Origin: Candidatus Multivorans sp.
Lineage (GTDB): Bacteria > Acidobacteriota > Thermoanaerobaculia > Multivoradales > Multivoraceae
DNA: 64,000 bases
Direction: 5' to 3'
Assembly (NCBI GenBank): GCA_965205095.1
Contig: OZ242040.1
Coordinates: 455,787-519,786 of the forward strand
Part shown: in pieces, positions 1 to 9,665 of the stretch
Layout: each line of letters starts with the position of its first letter
Position numbering within the stretch: the stretch's first letter is position 1
Position numbers and translations under genes: made by a program
Notes under the pieces: model-generated
What the model was told of the DNA's origin: nothing
The model's input: the letters and a program-made list of their open reading frames with translations, nothing else
Database searches by the model: none

Positions 1-1
1 G

Positions 2-829
2 CGCCGATTGGGAGACAGTTTCACCTTCGGCATTCAGGGCGTCTACAAGGAAGCGAAGAACCTGATCGGCTGGGAGATTCTGGACGACGGCGTTTACGAG
101 AACGTGCCGTGGACGAACCCGCTCACAGGCGAAACCGAGCAGCTGTTCAGCATTCTCGAGCAGCCGACCACGCGCAAGGGCAACGGGCCGGGTCCCGGCT
201 CCAAGGCACCAGGGAGGAACTACCACCAGCAGTACGAGGGCGTCGTCTTTTCCCTCAACAGGCGCTACAGCGATGGCTGGAGCATGCAATCCTCCTACAC
301 TTGGTCCGATTCATCCGGCTTCATTCCGCGGCCCCTCCAGCAGTCGCAGGGCAATCCCTTCTACGCGGCGACCGACGGCCGCGACCCGAACAACTGGATC
401 AATGCGGATCAGGCGCTGCAGAACGACCGCGAGCACGTGTTCCAGTTCCAGGGCAGCTTCGAGTTGCCGTGGCAACTCGTAGGTACTGCGACGTACAGCT
501 ACATGACGGGCAAGCCGTACAACCGTCAACTACTCGTTGGCGGCCGGGGCACTCCCTCGGAGCTTGCCCAAGGTCAGCAGAGGGTGATCGCCGTTCCAGC
601 AAGCGACGACACACGGTTACCGGACCAGAACAACTTCGATCTTTCTTTCGGCCGCCGCTTCGACGTGGGCCGTGCACAGCTCAAGCTCGACATCCAGTTG
701 CTCAACGTCTTCAACGAAGACACGCACGACTGGTGGGAAGAACTGACGGTGGCTCCGGACGAGGAGTACGTGCCCGACGGCTACCTCTTCCCGCGGCGCG
801 TCATGATCCGCTTGGGGCTCGAGTTCTAG
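2..829 (+). CDS. TonB-dependent receptor, C-terminal beta-barrel fragment; the 5' end lies outside the window
   Basis: The ORF is open to the window edge. It is rich in amphipathic beta strands and Tyr/Gly, and its C-terminus ends in ...RRVMIRLGLEF, an aromatic residue typical of OMP barrels. Confidence 0.55.
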   Translation, partial: RRLGDSFTFGIQGVYKEAKNLIGWEILDDGVYENVPWTNPLTGETEQLFSILEQPTTRKGNGPGPGSKAPGRNYHQQYEGVVFSLNRRYSDGWSMQSSYTWSDSSGFIPRPLQQSQGNPFYAATDGRDPNNWINADQALQNDREHVFQFQGSFELPWQLVGTATYSYMTGKPYNRQLLVGGRGTPSELAQGQQRVIAVPASDDTRLPDQNNFDLSFGRRFDVGRAQLKLDIQLLNVFNEDTHDWWEELTVAPDEEYVPDGYLFPRRVMIRLGLEF

Positions 830-883
830 GGAGGTCCCGAGGCCAGGCTTGCGCCGCTTGACCGCGGCGAACCACGGGCGACG

Positions 884-1378
884 CTACCGCCCGTGGTAGA
901 GCGTCGCGTCCTCGGTGTGCAGGCCTCGCGGGTCGTCGCGATTCGATTTGTAGAGGCCGCCCTCCGCGTCCACCAGATCGTCCCTGAAGATCGCCTCGTC
1001 GACGGCGACGTCGGCCGGGCAGGAGATCTCGATCAGGTTGCCGGCCGGGTCGCGGATGAACATCTGCATCGCTCCGTCGGGCAGGCGCCGCACCTTGCCC
1101 CAGGGTGATGTGTCGATGGCCTCGAGTTCGCGCATCCGGAAGAAGACCGAGTCGAAGTCGTCGACCTGCAGGCAGAGGTGCCCGCGGAAGGACGCCTGGT
1201 CTTCCCATTCCGTGACGTGGAGCTGTTGCTCCTCGTTGATCTTGAAGAACTGGGCGGGAAAGTCGAGGTTGAACGTCGGCAGCGGCTCGAGCCCGAGTTC
1301 GTGCTCGTAGAAGGCGCAGGCCTTCTCCAGGTCGTCGACGACGACCGTCGCGTGTTGGATTTGCAGCACGTTCGCCAT
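884..1378 (-). CDS. VOC family (glyoxalase / bleomycin-resistance / dioxygenase fold) protein
   Basis: A 164-aa ORF whose composition and length (HATVVVDDLEKACAFYEHELGLE ...) fit the VOC superfamily. Confidence 0.65.
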   Translation of the reverse strand: MANVLQIQHATVVVDDLEKACAFYEHELGLEPLPTFNLDFPAQFFKINEEQQLHVTEWEDQASFRGHLCLQVDDFDSVFFRMRELEAIDTSPWGKVRRLPDGAMQMFIRDPAGNLIEISCPADVAVDEAIFRDDLVDAEGGLYKSNRDDPRGLHTEDATLYHGR

Positions 1379-1401
1379 GTCGTCCTCCCGCGATCCCGGG
1401 G

Positions 1402-2295
1402 TCAGCGGATCAGCGGCAGCAGTTCCTCGGCCGAGCGCCGCGTGAGCATCGTGTAGAACTCGTCGCTCAGCAGGTTGCTGCCGTGATCCTCGATGAACTT
1501 CTTCTGTTCCGGCGTGATGTCGGTCGGCTCCGTCTCCACGGCGTTCGGATGGCGGTTGGCCGGGGTACGGTCGATCGAGGCCACGAACTCGACGGTCAGT
1601 GCGCCGTCGTAGCCGACCTCGCGTAGTGTCTCGACGATCGCCGCCCAGTCCAGGGCCCCCATGCCGGCCGCCATCCGGTTGCTGTCGGCGACGTGGAAGT
1701 CGACGAGCCGGTTGCCGGCCTGGCGGATGGAACCGAGCAGATCGCGATCCTCCATGTTCATGTGGAAGGCGTCCAGACAGACGCCGCAGTCAGGCCCGGT
1801 CGCTTCCGCCAGCGCCAGCGCCTGGGCGCCGCGGTTGATGAAGTAGGTCTCGAAGCGGTTGATCGGCTCGATCGCCAGCAGGACTCCCGCGGCCTGAGAA
1901 TGCTCGTAGATCTCCTGCATGCTCTCGACCGCCCAACGCCACTCGTTCTCCGGCGTCGAATCGGGGTCGACCTTGCCGACGGTGCCCGGCACGACGGACA
2001 GCTCGTGGCCGTCGAGCTCCTTTACCATCGTGACGCAGTCCCTGACGTACTGGATCGAGCTGGCGCGCTCGGCCTCGTCCTTGGCGATCAGGCTGCGGCC
2101 GTCCATCATCAGGGTCACGGAGCCCCAGCAGCGGATGCCGTACTGCCGGAGCAGCTCGCGCACCTCCGCCGTGTCGTAGAGCTCCGGCTCGCCGCTGATC
2201 TCGAGCGACTCGTAGCCGAACTCCTTGAGGCGCGCGAGCGTCTTCTCCAGCGGCTCGGCGCGCATCCAGTTGTGCATCGACAGGTGCATGGGCAA
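1402..2295 (-). CDS. sugar phosphate isomerase/epimerase (xylose-isomerase-like TIM barrel)
   Basis: A 297-aa ORF. LEISGEP...LAIEPINRFE...VDFHVADSNR...LTVEF motifs match the AP-endonuclease-2 / xylose-isomerase-like TIM-barrel family. Confidence 0.7.
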   Translation of the reverse strand: MPMHLSMHNWMRAEPLEKTLARLKEFGYESLEISGEPELYDTAEVRELLRQYGIRCWGSVTLMMDGRSLIAKDEAERASSIQYVRDCVTMVKELDGHELSVVPGTVGKVDPDSTPENEWRWAVESMQEIYEHSQAAGVLLAIEPINRFETYFINRGAQALALAEATGPDCGVCLDAFHMNMEDRDLLGSIRQAGNRLVDFHVADSNRMAAGMGALDWAAIVETLREVGYDGALTVEFVASIDRTPANRHPNAVETEPTDITPEQKKFIEDHGSNLLSDEFYTMLTRRSAEELLPLIR

Positions 2296-2499
2296 AGCCT
2301 CCAGGTTGCCGCGGGAAGATAGCAGGGTCCGGGCAGAGCGGAGCGGCGTCGGATCGGTTGGATTCCGTGTCGTCAGCCACTTTTCGGTGTTGCCCAGGGA
2401 AGACCGTGGTCGCGACGGCCGCGACCAGAAACTGCTGTACCGCCTTCAACGGTTCGTCTCTGTGCAGGAGACGTCGACGCTGAGCCGACCGTCGGTACC

Positions 2500-2860
2500 G
2501 GTGTCGATTCTCGACACCGGGCATTCGCTGTGCCAGAGAGCGTCCGCAAACTCGTGGCGCTTCGGCAGCCATGTACTCGAGACGCGACAGGTGGCGGGTC
2601 GTCGAGAGGAGGCCCTCTGACTCCATCTGGTTCAGGCGAGCCACAACGGATGCCAGATCACCGACGTCATAGGACGGCACGTTCCATGACTGCCAGTGTG
2701 GAGTGCCGCTGCCGTCGATCTTCCCGAGCAGGCCCGTGGTCTGTGGGCCAAAGGTCACAACGCCACGGTCCCACGATCCGACCGCCACGATCCGATCGCC
2801 GACCTGGGGCTGGTAGGTGAAGTTCACGTCCCGGGAGCACCAGTAAGCGATGTGCGACCC
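2500..2860 (-). pseudogene. in-frame continuation of the lipoprotein after the TGA (repeat segment VGSWDRGVVTFGPQTTGLLGKIDG, similar to upstream VGYWDAGTVRVGQGALLATIGRD). The downstream end is undefined and runs antisense into the isomerase gene
   Basis: Same frame as 2861..3772. The repeat similarity is visible by eye. There is no independent start codon or signal peptide. Confidence 0.3.
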
Positions 2861-3772
2861 TCACGGATCACACACCGTGTTGAGAGTCCATTCGCCGTCT
2901 ACCACGGATGCTCCTGAGACCGAGCAACCACGACGCCGGATCCTCTCCATCTTTCGGCCCAAGTCGAATCGTTCGTCCGAGAGGAACTCGGTCTCTCGTG
3001 CGGACTCGGCGTAATCGAACATGCCTGTCTCGACGACATGTTCGAGCCTCTGCTCGACATCGGCAAGGGAGTCATACAGGTATGCGGGGCTATCTCCGAA
3101 CCACCATCTCAATGTTGACGAGTCTCTGCCGATTGTCGCGAGCAAGGCACCTTGACCCACCCTGACTGTCCCGGCATCCCAGTAGCCGACCAGCATGATC
3201 CTCTTCCCTGCGGTTGCGTGAAAGCCAGGGCTTCCGTCTCGCCCTACAGCCCCACAGAACACCGAGTCGTTCGCGACCATCCGGCCGACCGGGATCAGGG
3301 CGTAGTCGGGCATCAGCGACCGGTGGTGAAGGAGCTGAACATCTCTCAACTCCACGATCACAGAGGGTACGGTGTTCCAATCGAACCCGAACTCGACCGC
3401 GCCGATCGTTGCGGTGACGGCAACATGGGACAGCATGATGGTGGCGTCAAAGTCACCTCTGGATTCAAGAGGCATCCACGCTACGCCGTACCGATTCGGC
3501 GGACAGAATCTCTTGGGCGGCATCTGGCCGTACTCGAGACCATGCTCGGCCGCCGATCCGAACGTCCGGCGGAAGTGGTCGATCTGGTCCTCCAGGTACT
3601 CGATGGCGTCCCATCGGATGGTCGACGGAACCTCGTCGTTCACGATGTCTTCGGCGGGCAACCAGATGGGTTCCTCTTGGAGTTCGGTGGACGACCGGCC
3701 GGGTTCCTCTTGTTGACCACCAGTGCATCCCAGCAGAGCAGTCAAGAGCACGATCCTGATCGTGTAGATCAA
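2861..3772 (-). CDS. lipoprotein with internal repeats; ends at an in-frame TGA
   Basis: N-terminal lipobox signal (LLTALLGCTGG). The same reading frame continues past a single TGA (2861-2863) into a paralogous repeat segment. Confidence 0.5.
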   Translation of the reverse strand: MIYTIRIVLLTALLGCTGGQQEEPGRSSTELQEEPIWLPAEDIVNDEVPSTIRWDAIEYLEDQIDHFRRTFGSAAEHGLEYGQMPPKRFCPPNRYGVAWMPLESRGDFDATIMLSHVAVTATIGAVEFGFDWNTVPSVIVELRDVQLLHHRSLMPDYALIPVGRMVANDSVFCGAVGRDGSPGFHATAGKRIMLVGYWDAGTVRVGQGALLATIGRDSSTLRWWFGDSPAYLYDSLADVEQRLEHVVETGMFDYAESARETEFLSDERFDLGRKMERIRRRGCSVSGASVVDGEWTLNTVCDP

Positions 3773-4225
3773 CGCGTCTTCCTTCTTCGCTCTTTAGGCC
3801 GATCGTCACCGGCTCCACCCGCGCCGGCCGAGCGGTACGCCAAGGCCGCCGCTGGGTCGATCTGGTCAGTGCTTCCCGTCTTAAGGACCACGCCCTGATG
3901 GTCCTTCATCATCGCGAGGAGCGCCTGGGCGAACTGAGTGCATGGCGTAGAGCAACGCTGGCAGCCGTCAGGCCTATTCCGGGCCGCGTCTCCAGGTGCG
4001 GCCGCTGATTCGGCCTCCGAGGGGGTCACCTGTCCCTTGTTTTCAAGTCCTGACCTTCGGGTTCTGGGGATGTGGGAAGCCCCAGCCCTCCAGCCCCGAC
4101 TGGGCTGGAAGTCGGTGCCGAGTGGGCTGACGCTCAGGGCAAGGCACCGGTCCGCCTGTGGGTGCGCTTTCTGAAGAACCTCGCCAAGGACTCGCTGTTC
4201 TCTTGCGTCATACCGATGAGTTGGG

Positions 4226-4837
4226 ATGGCAGAAGCGGTTCAGCAGTTCGTCGAGGTCGTGTGGGACGGTTCCGGGCAGTGCTCTAGTGTGAGTGGCGTG
4301 CCTAGGGGTGATGGGGAACTTGTTCGGAAGGCCTCTGCTGGCGATCGGGAGGCGTTCAGGGAACTGCTGGAACTCCACTACGACCGGATCTTCCGGTTCT
4401 GCTTCCGTTTGACGGGAAGTCGGGAAGAGGCGGAGGACCTGACGCAGGACATCTGCCTCGCCCTGCCGGCGAAACTGAAGAGCTTCCGCGGCAGGGCTCG
4501 GTTCACGACCTGGCTCTATCGGGTTGCGATGAACGCGGCGCATGATCGCCGGCGCCGCGCCGGGAGCAGGACGAAGGCTGCCCAAGGCTGGGGGGATTGG
4601 GAGGTGAACCGCCGGGTGGTGGCAGCGGAGCGGGCGGCGGATCTCGACTGGCTGCGGCGGTCGATGGCGGCGCTGCCGGACGATCTGCGCGACACGGTGG
4701 CGTTGACGCTCGACGGCGAGATGACCCACGCGCAGGCTGGCGAGATGCTCGGAGTGTCCGAAGGCACGGTCAGTTGGCGGCTCTCGGAGGTTCGGAAACG
4801 CCTACGGGCGCTGTGGCAGGAGGAAGGACGACCATGA
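4226..4837 (+). CDS. ECF (sigma-70 family) RNA polymerase sigma factor
   Basis: Region 2 (AGDREAFRELLELHYDRIFRFCFRLTG..EAEDLTQD) and region 4 (TLDGEMTHAQAGEMLGVSEGTVSWRLSEVRKRL) motifs. The true start may be a GTG near 4294. Confidence 0.85.
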   Translation: MAEAVQQFVEVVWDGSGQCSSVSGVPRGDGELVRKASAGDREAFRELLELHYDRIFRFCFRLTGSREEAEDLTQDICLALPAKLKSFRGRARFTTWLYRVAMNAAHDRRRRAGSRTKAAQGWGDWEVNRRVVAAERAADLDWLRRSMAALPDDLRDTVALTLDGEMTHAQAGEMLGVSEGTVSWRLSEVRKRLRALWQEEGRP

Positions 4838-7377
4838 CCGATCCACTCGACGATCTGAAGCGCGTCTTTGACCGCGCGACGCCCGAGCCGGACGCCGAGA
4901 GGCGGAGGGCGAACCTGGCCCGCGCGCAGCAGCTCTTCGACCGGAACCAAGGTCTTGAGGCCGAGCGCCGTCGTACTGACGACCGCCCCAATACCTGGGC
5001 GGGCATTCAACACGGAGTACGACACATGCTCAACGTAGTGACGCCCCGACCTGTCCTGGCTGCCGCCGGCGTCCTGGCTGCCGTCGGCCTTTCCGCGCTC
5101 CTGGTGACGGTGCTTCGGGACGCGACGCCGCGACCGCCGGTGGTCGTCGCCGATGCCGGCGTCGCGCCGGAATCTGTGACCGCGCTTCAGGGCGCTGTCG
5201 AAGAAGATACGGAGGCGACCGACTTGGCCGGCGTGTCCCCAGGTGGAGGCGATCGTCTGGATCAGGCGGAAACCCCTGCCTTCACGGAGCGAGGAGAGAC
5301 GGATTCGGCTACGCCCCGGAGCGAAGTCCCGGTGGCGACGGATGCTGCGGCGTCAGCCCCGGAGCAGGTTGCGGCGGCGACGGTTGCCGGACGCGTGGTT
5401 GACGCCGGGGGCGAGGCTCTGCCGGGCGTCAGCCTTACGCTATCTAGCGACAGCGGCGATTGGTTCGCGCTGACGGACAACAGCGGCGACTATCGCTTCC
5501 CGGATGTCGCCCCAGGAGACTATTCGGTGAAGGCGGAGCTCCCGGGCCTGGGAGAAGCAGATGCCGTGGTTCGCGCTGCGGCGGGAGAGCGAAGATCGAT
5601 CGACTTCAGGTTGAGGGCAGCGGTCACGGGCGGGCCGGAGACCGTCACGGGGATGGCGCCTGTGACTGTCACGGGAGAGAAGCCGATAGTGGACAAGTTC
5701 AACGTTGCGGCCAGCGGCCTGGCAGCGGTCGCCGAAGCGGTGCCGCGCGCCAAACGGGTGCCGCCCGCTGAACCTGTGGTGGAGGCCGAAGCTGTGGTCG
5801 CCGAGTCCCTTGCGAGCGCGTTCGTGCCGCGGCGAGCCGCCCGGAGTGCCGCCGGCACCACCCGGACGTACCACGGCGTGATCAACGCCGCTGAACCGCC
5901 ACCACCGGAGGGTGTTGGTCCGGCGCCGGACGTGACGATCGCCCAGTCCGCCAACACTGAAGCCTTCGCCAACGAAGACGCCAGTCCGGTCAAGGTCACG
6001 AGCGAAGAGCCGGTTTCGACCTTCTCGATCGACATCGACACCGCCAGCTACTCGGTCGTCCGTTCCTCGCTGACGAACGGCTACCTGCCGGCGTCCGAAT
6101 CGGTGCGGATCGAGGAACTGATCAACTACTTCCCGTACGCCTATCCGCCGCCCGAGGGGTCCGGCGCGCCGTTCCGGCCGACGGTGACCGTCTCCGAGAC
6201 GCCGTGGAACGCGGACACGCTGCTGATGCAAATCGGCATCCAGGGCCGGCAGCCGGCGATGGAAGACCGGCCGCCGCTCAACCTCGTCTTCCTGGTCGAC
6301 ACGTCGGGTTCGATGGACCGGCCGAACAAGCTGCCGCTGCTCGTGCAGTCCTTCCGCCTGATGGTCGGCCAGCTCGATCCCGCCGACGAGGTCGCGATCG
6401 TCGCCTACGCGGGCAGCGCGGGCCGCGTGCTGGACCCGACCCCCGCCGCCGATCGCGGCGCGATTCTGGCGGCGCTCGACCGGCTCCACGCGGGGGGGTC
6501 AACGGCCGGGGCGGCAGGCATCCAGTTGGCCTACCGGGTTGCCCGGGACATGGCGGCGGAAGGCGAGGTCACGCGGGTCGTCCTGGCGACCGACGGCGAT
6601 TTCAACGTCGGCATCTCCGACCCCGAGCAGCTCGAGAGCTTCATCGCCCGCCAGCGCGACAGCGGCGTCTACCTTTCGGTGCTCGGCTTCGGCCGCGGGA
6701 ACCTGGACGACGCAACGATGCAGGCGCTGGCCCAGAACGGCAATGGCCAGGCGGCCTACATCGACACGCTCGCGGAGGCGCAGAAGGTCCTCGTCGACCA
6801 GCTTGTGGGCACCCTGTTCCCGATCGCGAACGACGTGAAGATCCAGGTCGAGTTCAACCCGGCCACGGTGGCCGAGTACCGCCTGATCGGCTACGAGACC
6901 CGGGCGCTGAGGCGCGAGGACTTCAACAATGACCGGGTCGACGCCGGCGAGATCGGCGCCGGACACGCGGTCACCGCGATCTACGAGGTGACGCCGGTGG
7001 GCTCGCCCGCCGTGTTGCACGACGCCCTGCGCTATGCCGGTCGCGCGGCCGAGCCGCCGGTGGCGGCCGAGATCCCCGCAGGGTCTCGGGAGCTCGCCTT
7101 CCTGCGGCTGCGCTACAAGGAGCCGGGCCGGGACACCAGCGAACTCGTCGAACTGCCGATCGCTCGCGACGTGGGCGAGGCCGGCGCCGATCAGCGGTTC
7201 GCCGCTGCGGTCGCCGGGTTCGGGCAGTTGCTGCGGGCCGGCGCCTACACCGGCGACTGGACCTGGGCCGACGCGATCGGGCTCGCCGAGGCGAACACCG
7301 GCAACGACCGGTTCGGTTACCGGCGCGAGGCGGTGACCCTGATGCGTCTCGCGGAGAGCCTGGCCGAAGCCGAGTAG
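4837..7377 (+). CDS. membrane-anchored anti-sigma-like protein with a CarboxypepD_reg-like domain and a C-terminal YfbK-type von Willebrand factor A (vWA) domain
   Basis: An ATGA overlap couples it to the sigma factor stop. There is one TM helix (VLAAAGVLAAVGLSALLVTVL), a YfbK-like N-terminal signature (FSIDIDTASYSVVRSSLTNGYLP..VRIEELINYF) and a vWA MIDAS motif (LVFLVDTSGSM). Confidence 0.75.
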   Translation, partial: TDPLDDLKRVFDRATPEPDAERRRANLARAQQLFDRNQGLEAERRRTDDRPNTWAGIQHGVRHMLNVVTPRPVLAAAGVLAAVGLSALLVTVLRDATPRPPVVVADAGVAPESVTALQGAVEEDTEATDLAGVSPGGGDRLDQAETPAFTERGETDSATPRSEVPVATDAAASAPEQVAAATVAGRVVDAGGEALPGVSLTLSSDSGDWFALTDNSGDYRFPDVAPGDYSVKAELPGLGEADAVVRAAAGERRSIDFRLRAAVTGGPETVTGMAPVTVTGEKPIVDKFNVAASGLAAVAEAVPRAKRVPPAEPVVEAEAVVAESLASAFVPRRAARSAAGTTRTYHGVINAAEPPPPEGVGPAPDVTIAQSANTEAFANEDASPVKVTSEEPVSTFSIDIDTASYSVVRSSLTNGYLPASESVRIEELINYFPYAYPPPEGSGAPFRPTVTVSETPWNADTLLMQIGIQGRQPAMEDRPPLNLVFLVDTSGSMDRPNKLPLLVQSFRLMVGQLDPADEVAIVAYAGSAGRVLDPTPAADRGAILAALDRLHAGGSTAGAAGIQLAYRVARDMAAEGEVTRVVLATDGDFNVGISDPEQLESFIARQRDSGVYLSVLGFGRGNLDDATMQALAQNGNGQAAYIDTLAEAQKVLVDQLVGTLFPIANDVKIQVEFNPATVAEYRLIGYETRALRREDFNNDRVDAGEIGAGHAVTAIYEVTPVGSPAVLHDALRYAGRAAEPPVAAEIPAGSRELAFLRLRYKEPGRDTSELVELPIARDVGEAGADQRFAAAVAGFGQLLRAGAYTGDWTWADAIGLAEANTGNDRFGYRREAVTLMRLAESLAEAE

Positions 7378-7421
7378 GTCACGGGCCGGACGGCAACTGA
7401 CGGACCGCCTGCTAGCGGTCC

Positions 7422-8246
7422 TTAGTTGGCGCCCAGGAAGCCCCGCAGGCAGCGGGTCACGGCGCCGGGCGCCTCGGCCATCAGCATGTGGCCAGCGTCG
7501 GCCACGGTCACGAAGCCGGCGCCGCCATCGCTGCCGCGGATCCGCTCGGCGAGCGCGCGGCCGGCCCTCGGCGGCGTCATCCGGTCCTTCGCGCCGGCGA
7601 CGACCAGCGTGGGGCAGGTGACGCCCGGGGCGCTCTCGCTGCCCTCCCATTCGTTGCAGGCGGCGAAGTCGCGGTGGAGCACTTCGGGCAGGCAGCGGTC
7701 GAGCAGCGCCATCGTCGACCCGAGCATCCAGAGTCCGGGAGACTCCGCGCCGCCGAAGTGGGCGCCGGTCCCGTGCCCGAAGGCGGCGATGAAGCGATGG
7801 GCGTTGAGCGGCCGTTTCAGGGTGTCCGCCAGCAACCCCGGGTTGACCCGCAGCGTTTCGCCGGCGCCGAGCAGAGCCAGCCGGCTCAACCGGCCGTTCA
7901 GCCGGGACGCCGCGTCGACCGCGATGCAGGCGCCCATCGAGTGACCGATGAGCGCGATGTCCTCGCTGCCCGCCCGTGCTGCCGCCGCTGCCGCGAAGTC
8001 GACGGTCCAGGCGGCGTAGTCCCCGATCGTCGTGATGGCGTCGAGGTCCTCTGACGCGCCGTGACCGGGCAGGTCGGGAGCGGCGACGTTCCAGCCGTGT
8101 TGAGCCAGCGACCGGGCCTGCAGCGCCCACACCGTGTGGTCGCTGCCGGCGCCGTGGAGCAGCACGGCCAGGGGCAGTCCTTCCTGCCAGGCGGAGCCGC
8201 CGGTACCGCAGTACGCCTTGCGGCCCTGGATCTCTAGTTCGGTCAT
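7422..8246 (-). CDS. alpha/beta hydrolase
   Basis: LHGAGSDHTVW oxyanion region, GHSMG nucleophile elbow and a C-terminal GH motif. Confidence 0.7.
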   Translation of the reverse strand: MTELEIQGRKAYCGTGGSAWQEGLPLAVLLHGAGSDHTVWALQARSLAQHGWNVAAPDLPGHGASEDLDAITTIGDYAAWTVDFAAAAAARAGSEDIALIGHSMGACIAVDAASRLNGRLSRLALLGAGETLRVNPGLLADTLKRPLNAHRFIAAFGHGTGAHFGGAESPGLWMLGSTMALLDRCLPEVLHRDFAACNEWEGSESAPGVTCPTLVVAGAKDRMTPPRAGRALAERIRGSDGGAGFVTVADAGHMLMAEAPGAVTRCLRGFLGAN

Positions 8247-8274
8247 TGGCGTACGCCCGGCCTGGGGGGACGGG

Positions 8275-9597
8275 TCAGGAGGCCACCGCCCGCGGCCGCT
8301 GAGCCCGCCTCTGCGAGCGCTTCAGCGCCCGGTCGAGATCGGCCACGAGGTCCTGGGGATCTTCGAGCCCGACCGACAGTCGCACCATCTCCTGGGTGAC
8401 GCCCGACTCGGCGAGTTCTTCGGCGGTCATCTGCTGGTGCGTCGTGCTCGCCGGGTGAATGACCAGGCTCTTCGCGTCGCCGACGTTGGCGAGGTGCGAC
8501 CAGAGCTCCAGGCTCTCGATGAAGGCGATCCCCGCCTCGAGTCCGCCGCGAATCCCGAAGGTCAGCAGGGCGCCGCTGCCGTTGGGCAGGAGCTTGCGGG
8601 CGAGGTCGTGCTGCGGGTGGCTGGGCAGGTCGGGGTAGCTCACCCACTCGACCGCCTCGTGCTGCTCGAGGAATCCGGCGACCGCCCGCGCGTTCTCCAC
8701 GTGGCGGGCGACCCGGAGCGGCAGGGTCTCCAGTCCCTGAATCAGGTAGAAGGCGGCCTGCGGGTTCAGGCAGGCGCCGAAGTCGCGCAGTCCTTCGAGT
8801 CTTGCCTTGAGAATGAAGGCCGGCGGGCCGTAGTGCTCGGCGAAGGCGATGCCGTGGTAGCCCGGGCAGGGCTCGGTCATGATCGGAAAGCGTCCGGAGG
8901 CGGCCCAGTCGAACTTGCCGCTGTCGACCAGGACGCCGCCCAGGGTGACGCCGTGGCCGCCGATGAACTTGGTCGCCGAGTGCATCACGATGTCCGCGCC
9001 GAGATCGATCGGCCGCGACAGGAACGGCGTGCCGAACGTGTTGTCGATCAGGAGCGGCACGCCGATCTCGTGGGCGAGCGTGGCGACGGCGGGGATATCC
9101 AGGACGTCGATCCGCGGGTTGCCGATCGTCTCGCCGAAGAACAGCTTCGTGTTCGGACGGGCGGCTCGCCGGAAGTTCGCGGGGTCGGTCGGTTCGACGA
9201 ACGTCGTCTCGATGCCGAACCGGCGCAGCGTATGGTTCAGCAGGTTGTGCGTACCGCCGTAGATGGCCGCCGAGGAGACGACGTGGTCGCCGGCGGAGAG
9301 GATCGTCGCCGCGGCCAGGTGGAACGCGGACTGCCCGGAAGCGGTGGCCACCGCGCCGACGCCGCCTTCGAGCGCGGCAATCCGCTCCTCGAACACCGCC
9401 ACCGTCGGGTTGGAGATACGCGAGTAGATGTGCCCCGCCTCCTCCAGGTTGAACAGTCCGGCCGCGTGGTCCGTGTCCCGGAACACGTAGGACGTCGAGT
9501 TGTAGACCGGCACGGCGCGCGCTCCCGTGGCCGGGTCGGGCCGCTGGCCGGCGTGAAGGGACAGGGTGTCGAACTTGTAGAACCAGTCGCTGCTCAT
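8275..9597 (-). CDS. metY: O-acetylhomoserine aminocarboxypropyltransferase / sulfhydrylase (PLP-dependent)
   Basis: Strong family signature throughout (Cys/Met metabolism PLP enzyme; HSATKFIGGHG with the PLP lysine). Confidence 0.85.
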   Translation of the reverse strand: MSSDWFYKFDTLSLHAGQRPDPATGARAVPVYNSTSYVFRDTDHAAGLFNLEEAGHIYSRISNPTVAVFEERIAALEGGVGAVATASGQSAFHLAAATILSAGDHVVSSAAIYGGTHNLLNHTLRRFGIETTFVEPTDPANFRRAARPNTKLFFGETIGNPRIDVLDIPAVATLAHEIGVPLLIDNTFGTPFLSRPIDLGADIVMHSATKFIGGHGVTLGGVLVDSGKFDWAASGRFPIMTEPCPGYHGIAFAEHYGPPAFILKARLEGLRDFGACLNPQAAFYLIQGLETLPLRVARHVENARAVAGFLEQHEAVEWVSYPDLPSHPQHDLARKLLPNGSGALLTFGIRGGLEAGIAFIESLELWSHLANVGDAKSLVIHPASTTHQQMTAEELAESGVTQEMVRLSVGLEDPQDLVADLDRALKRSQRRAQRPRAVAS

Positions 9598-9665
9598 CGC
9601 GTGAGTGTAGCTGTAGCGGCTACGCGGGCTGACCTGTGGCAGAGTGACGTGCCGAGGGAGTTGAA

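Noticed and set aside
2861-2863. Selenocysteine recoding of the in-frame TGA in the repeat lipoprotein
   Set aside because: Not fully rejected but considered unlikely. There is no convincing SECIS-like hairpin at the right distance, the protein is not thioredoxin-like, and a nonsense mutation or sequencing error is the simpler explanation. It is kept as a low-probability alternative in the findings.
3769-4225. Small ORFs between the lipoprotein gene and the ECF sigma gene (3769..4029 -, 3938..4174 +, 4072..4287 +)
   Set aside because: No family resemblance. The region contains a palindromic repeat motif (CAGCCCcgacTGGGCTG) and is more likely regulatory or repeat DNA than coding.
5440-8130. 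Long antisense ORFs (5440..6489 -, 6499..8130 -, 6204..6932 +) overlapping the vWA anti-sigma gene and the alpha/beta hydrolase
   Set aside because: Arg/Gly/Pro-rich, low-complexity translations typical of stop-codon-poor alternative frames in 70% GC DNA. The same DNA carries strong family matches in the sense frame.
9598-9665. SAM-type riboswitch in the metY / mmuM divergent intergenic region
   Set aside because: The spacer is only 68 bp, too short for SAM-I. I could not recognise SAM-II/V consensus elements by eye.
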